Positions 1 to 7,712 of a stretch of DNA of 17,384 nucleotides are shown piece by piece. The position numbers and the translations under genes are program-made. Location: the NCBI GenBank assembly GCA_045047305.1, contig JASFYO010000050.1:1-17384 (forward strand), read 5' to 3'. The notes beneath the pieces are model-generated. The model did not search any database. It worked only from the letters and a program-made list of their open reading frames with translations, and was not told the origin of the DNA. The DNA comes from Planctomycetota bacterium (lineage in GTDB: Bacteria; Planctomycetota; UBA1135). Position 1 is the stretch's first letter. The number at the start of each line of letters is the position of its first letter.

Positions 1-480
1 GTTTCAGGATATGACACAAAAAACGGCGATGGGATGCTCGCGCAACTCGTACCGACTTTTGATCAAAAAGAAAAACTCGAATGTCGCCTACTTTACCGGG
101 GAGACTGCTTCAGCATCGCCAGAGACATGCTCGTGATCGCGGAAGACGGCTCAGAGCTCTATGTTTTAGACCAGGAAGGAGCCCTTCAGCTCCTACACCC
201 AAAGACCGGCACCCACCAAACATTGGTTGCAGCAAAGAACAGCGAACTACTTAGTCGCTGCCATTTCTTGGAGGTCGCTAATGTCAGTGACTTGCAAGGC
301 AACTTTTCTTTTGCTATTCGGGCAACCGAGAACAAACATTTCAACAGCTGCATACCGAACCTCCCGCTTGGCGCCAACGTGGTGGTCAAACAGGATTCCG
401 CGACTGGTGGGTTTACTGTATTTATGGAGTCCGACTACAAGACGGACCCATTTAGGAGCTTTGCGCATCCAAGCGAGTGA
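1..480 (+). CDS. Hypothetical protein, C-terminal part (frame is open from base 1, so the gene probably starts upstream of the window)
   Basis: The frame of the 34..480 ORF is stop-free back to base 1 (VSGYDTKNGDG-MLAQ...). The sequence is beta-strand-rich with no family motif I recognise. Its 3' end overlaps the convergent ASCH gene by 29 bp. Confidence 0.6.
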   Translation, partial: VSGYDTKNGDGMLAQLVPTFDQKEKLECRLLYRGDCFSIARDMLVIAEDGSELYVLDQEGALQLLHPKTGTHQTLVAAKNSELLSRCHFLEVANVSDLQGNFSFAIRATENKHFNSCIPNLPLGANVVVKQDSATGGFTVFMESDYKTDPFRSFAHPSE

Positions 481-793
481 ATTCGTGCACCCATACCATG
501 GCGGATTCATTCCATTCCATGCCTTTGTGCATGCGCAAAATCAAATCGCGATACACCTCTAATCCTGGATAACCTTCCGCCTTTGCGTCTTCCTCGGTCA
601 TTTGGCCGAGCGATTCTCTGCGCAAATCTTTAACCACAAACTGGGTGCCATCGAGCTCAAAGGTCTCTCCGGGATAAGCGTAAACACCATTTCGGCGTTG
701 CTGGGTTTTGCGCCCGGCAATCGCTGCTTCCACGAGTTTGGCATGAGTGACTAAAGAGTCAATCTCACAAGTCTTAGCTGGGTAGTCCGTCAT
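452..793 (-). CDS. ASCH domain protein (PUA-like fold)
   Basis: ASCH signatures: AAIAGRKTQQRR (GxKxxxxR), ESLGQMTEEDAKAEGY (DAxxEG) and C-terminal VWVHEF. Start placed at ATG 793 (MTDYP), 2 nt after the queC-GNAT stop. Confidence 0.88.
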   Translation of the reverse strand: MTDYPAKTCEIDSLVTHAKLVEAAIAGRKTQQRRNGVYAYPGETFELDGTQFVVKDLRRESLGQMTEEDAKAEGYPGLEVYRDLILRMHKGMEWNESAMVWVHEFTRLDAQSS

Positions 794-795
794 GG

Positions 796-1911
796 CTAAG
801 AGGGTAACCATTCCAAAACATAGTGCGGGCCGATGTTCGGGATATCAAATTCCTCACCGACTTGTTTAAAACCACATGCAACATAAGCAGGAATCGCTAT
901 GTTGCGCGCATTGCACCACAGGCCAGTAGCTTGCTCCCTTGCTAAGTCTTGACAGCACTCCATCAGACGTCGCCCAAAGCCTAAACCGCGATAGGCTTCG
1001 TCCACTGCCATCCCACGAATGCGATATTCAAATCCACCATCGCGCTGTTCCTTCATGATGGTCGCGCAGCCCACTTCTTTCTCATCAGCGGTGAGCACCA
1101 TGTGGATGGTGTCGCTCACCCGATCGATTTCTCCATAGTCCACAGTTTCAAAGGGTTGCCCCTGACGCAGATTCCTATGCCGCACATGCCAAGTGCGTTG
1201 TGCATCGACATGGCTATGCAACACCGCCTCTTTCGCGTACTCCTGTTCGGCTTGAATCCTTAAGCGGCAGGCATCACACAATCTGCATGGGGCGCCATCG
1301 GCATGCGGGTCGTAGCAAGAGAGAGTCAAGTGAACCGGAACATTCAATTCATGTGCAAGACGCAAAATCTCCACTTTGGATAAATCTAGCAGTGGTGTAT
1401 GCACATGCATCGGGCGCCCCTCCACTCCCTCTCGCGTCGCCAGGTTTGCCAACTCACCAAACTTTTGCACGAACTCCGGGCGGCAATCTGGATAGCCCGA
1501 ATAATCCAAAGCATTCACTCCAATCCCCAGATCATGCGCTCCGCGCGCCTCGGCCAATCCTAAAGCCAAGGACAAGAAAATCGTGTTGCGAGCTGGCACA
1601 TAAGTCACAGGGATATCTGCGGCGACATCGGCCAGGGCGTCGCCCGCTTTGGGGACCTCAAGATCCGAAGTCAACGCGGAACCGCCCATCGCGCGTAAGT
1701 CTAGGCGCATAATTAAATGTTCCTTCACCTCCAACGCTGTCGCCACTGCAATCGCCGCTTGGAGCTCTGCCCGATGCTTTTGCCCATAGTCAACGGTAAG
1801 CCCAATCACGTCGTAACCGCTGCGCTGCAGCCAAGCTGTCACTGTGGCCGAATCCAACCCGCCAGACAGTAGGACCACTGCCGATTTTCTAGTATCCGAA
1901 TCACCTTCCAT
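796..1911 (-). CDS. queC: 7-cyano-7-deazaguanine synthase QueC fused to a C-terminal GNAT N-acetyltransferase
   Basis: QueC motifs: PP-loop LLSGGLDS, DYGQKH, SALT, PVTYVPARN, YSGYPDCRPEF, Zn site SCY...CRLCDAC (CxxCxxC at 1267-1287). GNAT half (~1220-796): RIRGMAVDEAYRGLGFG (acetyl-CoA motif A), LWCNAR, YxxCGF, IGPHY. ATG 1911 is preferred because the 1974 start overlaps the divergent gene and a TACTAT box lies 8 nt upstream of 1911. Confidence 0.92.
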   Translation of the reverse strand: MEGDSDTRKSAVVLLSGGLDSATVTAWLQRSGYDVIGLTVDYGQKHRAELQAAIAVATALEVKEHLIMRLDLRAMGGSALTSDLEVPKAGDALADVAADIPVTYVPARNTIFLSLALGLAEARGAHDLGIGVNALDYSGYPDCRPEFVQKFGELANLATREGVEGRPMHVHTPLLDLSKVEILRLAHELNVPVHLTLSCYDPHADGAPCRLCDACRLRIQAEQEYAKEAVLHSHVDAQRTWHVRHRNLRQGQPFETVDYGEIDRVSDTIHMVLTADEKEVGCATIMKEQRDGGFEYRIRGMAVDEAYRGLGFGRRLMECCQDLAREQATGLWCNARNIAIPAYVACGFKQVGEEFDIPNIGPHYVLEWLPS

Positions 1912-1931
1912 CGCCCACAATAGTACCTGAA
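1912..1931. promoter_or_regulatory. Putative bidirectional -10 element between queC-GNAT and the M23 gene
   Basis: 20-bp divergent gap. Minus-strand TACTAT (1925->1920) is 8 nt before ATG 1911, and plus-strand AATAGT (1919-1924) is 7 nt before ATG 1932. No Shine-Dalgarno sequence on either side. Confidence 0.5.
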
Positions 1932-2828
1932 ATGTGGAAACCGCTCCTCCTCCTTTTTGCTTTTGGGATTCCAAGTCACTGCGGGCTTACAACTCTGCAT
2001 CTATCCAATGGAACCCAGCTTCAAGGAGAGTTGGTCACCAGCTTTCACCAATCACTGTGGTGGAATCCGACGGCGGAAACTACTTATCTCTTATTCCAGC
2101 CACAGAATTCTGCGCCCTACCCCAACGACAAGAGCCTTGTGCTGCGCACGACTCCAGATGTCGTCTCGGTGCACGCCCCTTCTTCCACCGAGCTCCACGG
2201 TTACCAAATATTCATGCGCACAAGAGGGTTCACGATTCAGCAGCCCCCACTACTAGGTGTATTCCAAGCCTTTACCCATAACGACACCTATCATCTGGAA
2301 GAAAATGGCTTCGGCGATTTCGCGTGGGACCTGATGCGCACGGACTCGACTGGGGTTCGCTACTCCAACGACGGGAGCCAGAACGAGGACTATCTCGTGT
2401 GGGACAACCCAGTCTATTTACCCCACAGCGGCACCGTAGTCGATGTCATACGCGACCAGCCGGATAACACCCCAGGTTCCTACCCATCGGGTGCAGTCAA
2501 CAACATGGTTGGCATCCACATCGAAGGGTCCTACTACCTGTACCTATTGCATTTCCGCCAAGGCACCATTCCAGCCCACATTGTCCCAGGCGAATTTTTA
2601 CCCAAAGGAACCTATTTGGGGCAAGTCGGGAACGCCGGCGTCACCCTCGAACCGCATTTACACATGACCATGTTTTGGTGGGACACGGATTCCACTCCGC
2701 CGCGTTATTGGAGCATTCCATCGGAATTCGAAAGGGTGCATACGCGTTCGGCTCTGGAGCCGACGTCCACATTCCACCCGTTTGTAGACCCGGCCGCCGG
2801 CACCTGGATTTCTAGCTCACCGTTTTAG
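1932..2828 (+). CDS. Secreted M23-family metallopeptidase
   Basis: Hydrophobic N-terminus (MWKPLLLLFAFG), FAWD, VYLPHSGTVVDV, LYLLHFRQG, and LGQVGNAGVTLEPHLH (GxVGNxG..PHLH, the M23 HxH motif). Confidence 0.85.
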   Translation: MWKPLLLLFAFGIPSHCGLTTLHLSNGTQLQGELVTSFHQSLWWNPTAETTYLLFQPQNSAPYPNDKSLVLRTTPDVVSVHAPSSTELHGYQIFMRTRGFTIQQPPLLGVFQAFTHNDTYHLEENGFGDFAWDLMRTDSTGVRYSNDGSQNEDYLVWDNPVYLPHSGTVVDVIRDQPDNTPGSYPSGAVNNMVGIHIEGSYYLYLLHFRQGTIPAHIVPGEFLPKGTYLGQVGNAGVTLEPHLHMTMFWWDTDSTPPRYWSIPSEFERVHTRSALEPTSTFHPFVDPAAGTWISSSPF

Positions 2829-2915
2829 GCAAAATCGCGGTTTTCGCGTATCCTTCTCCCCATTGAGCCGCCCCCGTCCTAATAGGGTTAACCGCGAGCC
2901 AAAACATCCATTGCC

Positions 2916-3947
2916 ATGAACGACAAAGAAGCCGTACTCGAAGCCCTGAAAGTTGTTCAGGACCCAGACTTGCACAAGGACATCGTCACCTTGGGATTCA
3001 TCAAGGATTTGGCGGTCTGTGCTGGCGTGGTGAAATTCAAGATCGAGCTAACCACTCCAGCTTGCCCGGTGAAGGAGCAATTGAAGCAACAGGCCTACGA
3101 TGCCGTGATGGCAATCGATGGCGTGAAAACGGTGAACATTGAAATGACCGCCCAGGTGAAGTCTTCGCTTCCCGTAGGCAATAAGCTCGGTGGCGATATC
3201 AAGCATGTGATTGCGGTTACATCGGGCAAGGGCGGTGTTGGCAAAAGTACTTGTGCCGTAAACCTTGCCGCAGCGCTTTCCGCAAGCGGAGCCAAAGTCG
3301 GAATTTTAGATGCCGATGTCTACGGCCCCAACGTCCCGGTCATGATGGGCATCCACCGCAAACCGGAAGGGCGCGACAATAAGCTATTCCCGATTAAGGC
3401 GCATGGCATCAAAACCATGTCGGTTGGTTACATGATCGAAGATGGCCAGCCAGTCATGTGGCGCGGTCCGATGTTGCATCGCGCATTGCAGCAGTTTTTA
3501 CAAGACGTCGAGTGGGGCGAGTTGGATTACCTGATTGTGGACATGCCACCAGGAACCGGCGATGCACAACTTTCGCTCGCGCAGTTAGTGCCATTAACCG
3601 GAATGGTCGTGGTCACCACGCCACAAGAAGTTTCGCAAACCGATGTGCGTCGGGCGATTGGCATGGCGGAGCAGGTGAAGACCACCATCTTGGGTGTCAT
3701 TGAAAATATGACTGGTGAGATTTTCGGCGAAGGCGGCGGCAAAACCATCTCTGAAAAATTCGACATCCCATTCCTCGGCAGCATCCCGCTGCAGGCCAGT
3801 GTTCGCAAATGCGGCGATTCTGGCGTGCCGGTGGTAATCGAAGATGCCGCGAGCAACGTCGCCAAGATTTTCGCCGAGATTGCTGGCAAGGTGGCCGCCG
3901 AGATTTCGAAAATCCAGGCGACTTCGCTGCCAGTGCTTGAAGTTTAG
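2916..3947 (+). CDS. mrp: Mrp/ApbC (NBP35-family) ATPase with N-terminal DUF59/MIP18-like domain
   Basis: N-terminal DPDLHKDIVTLG and LTTPACP, deviant Walker A SGKGGVGKST, DADVYGPN, WRGPM, DMPPGTGD, VTTPQ, ENM. The usual CxxC after ENM is absent. Confidence 0.95.
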   Translation: MNDKEAVLEALKVVQDPDLHKDIVTLGFIKDLAVCAGVVKFKIELTTPACPVKEQLKQQAYDAVMAIDGVKTVNIEMTAQVKSSLPVGNKLGGDIKHVIAVTSGKGGVGKSTCAVNLAAALSASGAKVGILDADVYGPNVPVMMGIHRKPEGRDNKLFPIKAHGIKTMSVGYMIEDGQPVMWRGPMLHRALQQFLQDVEWGELDYLIVDMPPGTGDAQLSLAQLVPLTGMVVVTTPQEVSQTDVRRAIGMAEQVKTTILGVIENMTGEIFGEGGGKTISEKFDIPFLGSIPLQASVRKCGDSGVPVVIEDAASNVAKIFAEIAGKVAAEISKIQATSLPVLEV

Positions 3948-4098
3948 GGAGCCCGGATTAGGCCTGAGTGGGCCTGATTTCCCAACGCGAAGCTCAGCAC
4001 CTAGCAAATCGGTGTATTCCTGAGAAAAAGAGGCCACATTCGACCATTTCCTGCGTAGAGAATAGGCCTGCTGGCTTCCCCCGCCGCAGGGCTCCCTA
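3945..4098. repeat. Intergenic element bounded by a perfect 10-bp inverted repeat (candidate structured RNA or MITE remnant)
   Basis: TAGGGAGCCC (3945-3954) is the exact reverse complement of GGGCTCCCTA (4089-4098). Additional nested complementary segments lie inside. Confidence 0.5.
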
Positions 4099-4112
4099 CG
4101 GTCCCCAAACCC

Positions 4113-7100
4113 ATGAAACGACTTCTCCCACTTATCGCGCTCATCGCGATTGCCTTGCTCGGATTTTGGATTTTCCAAGACGATTCCACGCCGCAAGAGA
4201 TACTCGCGGCGCCGGCGATCGCCGAGGCAGGAGAACCCATGGCAGCGGCGACTCTGGACCGCGGCCCAGAACGATTAGCCGAGGAGGCAGCGGAGCCCTT
4301 TGATCCACGCATCGAGAAAGTGGGAGCTGGCAACTTTGGCCTAGTCGGCACCGTAGTCGATGAAAAGGGGGTACCGATGGCAGATATGTGGGTCGCAGCT
4401 TTTGGCGGACCTTACCCATTCTTTGATTTTGAGCTAGATGTCGCAGAGCTTATCGAAAACCCTTTGCAGTTAAGTTTGGAGCCCATCGCTTCCACACGTT
4501 CGGATGCCGATGGCAAGTTTCAGCTAGAAGGGCTTTACGGACGGGGGCAATACTTGGTGGCACGAGGGCATCATCACTTAACCCGCGGACGTCAAGAAAT
4601 CCGTCCAAGCGATTTGGATACTGAGGAAGGTTTGCTGGTGCATACCATTCCAGGCGCACATTTAGAAGGCTCGGTGATGGATGAGTTTGGAGCGCCCGTA
4701 GCCAATGCCGAAATCTTTGTGGGGCCATCATTGATGTACATCCCGCAAGCCATCCGCAACCGCGATATTTATCTTGACCGCGTTTTCACCGATAGCTCCG
4801 GCCACTACTCCATCGATGTGGTTCCAGCCAACATGAAGCTGGCTATTGTCGGGCTCGATGGCGCGACCCACCCTGGCATGCGCGATTTTGGTCCGCTTAA
4901 CCCTGGCACCGATGCCGACATCAAGCTGCAACTAACTGCAACTGGTGGCTTAAGCGGGACGATTGAAAATAGCGAAGGCGAAAGTGTTGCCGGCGCAAAA
5001 ATTCTAGCCATCCCAATTGACCTGCGCATGTTGGTGGGCGTAGTGCGTGCCTTTCCGGAGTACATCGTTGAGTCTAAATCCGATGGCAGCTTTTCCTTTC
5101 CACAATTGCCGAAACGCAGCGTTGTCCTATTCGCGCAAGGGCGTGATGGGCGCGCGATCCCTGTCGGCAGCGCGGTGACTTCGCAAGACTCCGTGGTTGG
5201 CAAACCCTTAGTACTTCAAACCATGCATGACCTCTCTGGACGCGTGATTGGCATGGACGGCAAGGCCATTGCAGGGGCCAAAGTTTTGCTCAACAGTATC
5301 CCTATGCCGGAATCTGAGGGACGCAGTGGTGTGCCAAGGCCTGAAAATATGCTCATAGAAATGGCCAAAGAGATTCTGCCGGAGCTGATTCCTGCAGAAA
5401 CCTGGGCGCTCACCGATAGCAGCGGCCGCTTTCACATTGCCGCATGGGAAGGCGCGAAGCTACGCGTCGAAGCTGCCGATTATTCAAAGGCGGTGTACTC
5501 CATTCCACGCAAAATGGAGGATAAGAAGCTGGCACTCATCATGATGCAACCGGGCGGCATTGCCGGAACTGTATCCAATCTGGAAGATGGCACTCCACTG
5601 ACCTTCTATGCAGTAAATGGCACACAGGACTCTTCTTACTTCACACCTCCCGACCAAGACATGGATGACTTTTCGGATTTGGATCTCTCAAGTGAAGAGT
5701 GGAGTGAGCGCTTGAAAGAAATTGATGTGCGCAAAGAGAATGCTAAGCGCGAGATGGTGGATAACATCATCCGTGACGGTGAAACCGCCGTGCTGCCTGA
5801 GAAATCGGCTATGGATAATTTGCGCAACATTCAAATGAAGGAAGACGGCAACCCGACTTTCTTGTTTGAAGGTCTCATGCCTGGCAACTGGACCATTGAA
5901 GGCCGGGCCGATGGCTATGTGGTCGAGAAGTACAAAAACATTCGCGTGGAGCCTGGAGCCATTACCGAAGGCATTGATTTAAAAATGTCACGCGGTGCGA
6001 CCCTGAGTGGCCGCGTGGTTGCATTTGGAACCCGTGAGCCAGTAGCAGGCGCAGTGGTCACCATTGGGCGCTCCAAAGAAAGTGGATTTGATGCCTACTT
6101 CCGTATGGGAGTCGAAACCACTGCTATGGCGCGATCGAAAGCCGATGGCTCCTTCACTCTTCACGGCATTGAAGCTGGCATGGAATGGGTGCACGTAATC
6201 GCCGAGGGTTTTTCGCCCACCAGCATTCACGGCAAACCCATGGAGAAAGGGGAGGTTCGCACAGAAGTGGTGATTCAAGTGCGCCAAGGATCTAATATTC
6301 ACGGCCACGTTTACGACCGTCATGGAGTACCTATCCCCGCACGTTTGGTCGGCGGTTTCGCCATGGACTCCCAAGATTTCTGGCAAACCTCCACCGATGA
6401 AGACGGTTACTACCATGTGGAGCATGTAAAGCCGGGCAATTATTTCATCATCACCGCGGCCTTAGATGACGAAGCGCTATTCACCGGCAACCTAATGGCC
6501 GTGCTTAATGGTTCGCGCATCGTGCAGTGCTATGCGCAAGAAGGCGAGACTCATGAAGTCGATATTGAGGACTTATCCGCCGGCGGTTGCAACATGAAAG
6601 GGCGCCTCTTAAATCAGGGGATGCCGATTGCTGGCGCCACCATGTTCGCGATGGGTTCAGGTAGCGGCATGTTTGATATTCGCGTGGCTACTGCACAATC
6701 GGATGACGCTGGTGAATTTGAATTCAAAAGCCTCGCGCCTGGTGATTACTCCGTCCAGATTGACTCCGAGGAATGGGAGGGCAGCGTGGAACTTATCGTT
6801 CCAGATGCCGATGAAGATTATCAAGTCCTAGAAACTCCACAAGGCGTGGTGCGCGGCCGCGTTCTTACCGAGACCAATGGAACACCCGTCGAAGATGCAA
6901 CCGTGAAGCTAGTGCGCGACGACTCCACTGGCGGCATGTTTGCCATGTTCACGGGTGGCAAAGAAACCGATTGGGGAAACTCCGATGAAAACGGCTACTT
7001 TGAGTTCGAAGGCAAAGCAGCTGGCCGCTACCACGTTGAGGTTGAGATCAACTCGTGGCGCGACTCGGATGCAAACCGCGAAGCCACTCCCCTAGGCAAA

Positions 7101-7712
7101 GAGCGCAGCAAAGGATTCGCGCTTTACGAAAACGACACGAAAATCATTGCCGACATCATGTTGCCTGTTTCGTCGGCGATTCGCGTGCTGGTCACCGACG
7201 CGAAAGGCGATGGCCCCGATCAAGGCTACACCTTGACTGCGATCCTGGATGGCGAAAAGGAAGGGGTCGAACCGAATTCCAACTGGGGGGTTGGGGGTGA
7301 AGGACTCATCTCAGGATTAAATCCAGGCACCTACACCGTACGCATTGAAGGGCGCGGCTTCGCTAAAGCACAAATCGAAGGCGTCGTCGTGGGTGAAGCG
7401 GAAACCGTGGAGGTCGAAATCCAAATCGAAGAAGGCGTGCGCTTGAACGCGCGGATTCTTGGCCCGAATAGTCAACCCTTACCGGAAGCGAGCATCAAGG
7501 TGTTCGACTCGGAAGGTAAACGCGTTGATGGTCTGGATGGGCCGACAGCTGCATTCTCACGCATGTTTGGCTCGGAGGATGGCACCATGCCGCTCGGTAC
7601 TTTTGTTCCGGGTAGTTATGTCGTGGAAGTGGAATACGAAGGCGAAGTGCAATCGCGCAACGCTCAACTGAGTCCCAACGAATCCACTACTGTGGAATTC
7701 CAGTTCCGCTAG
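4113..7712 (+). CDS. Large membrane-anchored protein with repeated carboxypeptidase-regulatory-like (CarboxypepD_reg) beta-sandwich domains
   Basis: N-terminal TM/signal segment (LLPLIALIAIALLGFWIF). Many repeats of L/IxGxVxDxxGxPVAxAxV ... SDADGxFxxxGL.xGxY, e.g. LVGTVVDEKGVPM, LEGSVMDEFGAPVANA, LSGRVIGMDGKAIAGA, LSGRVVAFGTREPVAGA, VRGRVLTETNGTPVEDA. Confidence 0.88.
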   Translation: MKRLLPLIALIAIALLGFWIFQDDSTPQEILAAPAIAEAGEPMAAATLDRGPERLAEEAAEPFDPRIEKVGAGNFGLVGTVVDEKGVPMADMWVAAFGGPYPFFDFELDVAELIENPLQLSLEPIASTRSDADGKFQLEGLYGRGQYLVARGHHHLTRGRQEIRPSDLDTEEGLLVHTIPGAHLEGSVMDEFGAPVANAEIFVGPSLMYIPQAIRNRDIYLDRVFTDSSGHYSIDVVPANMKLAIVGLDGATHPGMRDFGPLNPGTDADIKLQLTATGGLSGTIENSEGESVAGAKILAIPIDLRMLVGVVRAFPEYIVESKSDGSFSFPQLPKRSVVLFAQGRDGRAIPVGSAVTSQDSVVGKPLVLQTMHDLSGRVIGMDGKAIAGAKVLLNSIPMPESEGRSGVPRPENMLIEMAKEILPELIPAETWALTDSSGRFHIAAWEGAKLRVEAADYSKAVYSIPRKMEDKKLALIMMQPGGIAGTVSNLEDGTPLTFYAVNGTQDSSYFTPPDQDMDDFSDLDLSSEEWSERLKEIDVRKENAKREMVDNIIRDGETAVLPEKSAMDNLRNIQMKEDGNPTFLFEGLMPGNWTIEGRADGYVVEKYKNIRVEPGAITEGIDLKMSRGATLSGRVVAFGTREPVAGAVVTIGRSKESGFDAYFRMGVETTAMARSKADGSFTLHGIEAGMEWVHVIAEGFSPTSIHGKPMEKGEVRTEVVIQVRQGSNIHGHVYDRHGVPIPARLVGGFAMDSQDFWQTSTDEDGYYHVEHVKPGNYFIITAALDDEALFTGNLMAVLNGSRIVQCYAQEGETHEVDIEDLSAGGCNMKGRLLNQGMPIAGATMFAMGSGSGMFDIRVATAQSDDAGEFEFKSLAPGDYSVQIDSEEWEGSVELIVPDADEDYQVLETPQGVVRGRVLTETNGTPVEDATVKLVRDDSTGGMFAMFTGGKETDWGNSDENGYFEFEGKAAGRYHVEVEINSWRDSDANREATPLGKERSKGFALYENDTKIIADIMLPVSSAIRVLVTDAKGDGPDQGYTLTAILDGEKEGVEPNSNWGVGGEGLISGLNPGTYTVRIEGRGFAKAQIEGVVVGEAETVEVEIQIEEGVRLNARILGPNSQPLPEASIKVFDSEGKRVDGLDGPTAAFSRMFGSEDGTMPLGTFVPGSYVVEVEYEGEVQSRNAQLSPNESTTVEFQFR

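Noticed and set aside
796..1911. QueC as part of a Qat, type IV CBASS or Dpd defence system
   Set aside because: The QueC domain has canonical housekeeping motifs, and no qatA/B/D, cyclase, TGT-like or dpd genes are in the window.
1912..1974. N-terminal extension of QueC given by the ORF track (start 1974)
   Set aside because: It overlaps the divergent M23 gene. ATG 1911 gives a normal QueC N-terminus and has a -10-like box upstream.
2831..2844. Imperfect palindrome AAAATCGCGGTTTT after the M23 stop, as a terminator or operator
   Set aside because: It is too short and weak, has no GC stem with a loop, and I saw no second copy.
3968..4351. Small ORFs spanning the mrp/large-gene intergenic region
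   Set aside because: They overlap the 4113 gene and have no recognisable features. The gap is better explained as non-coding.
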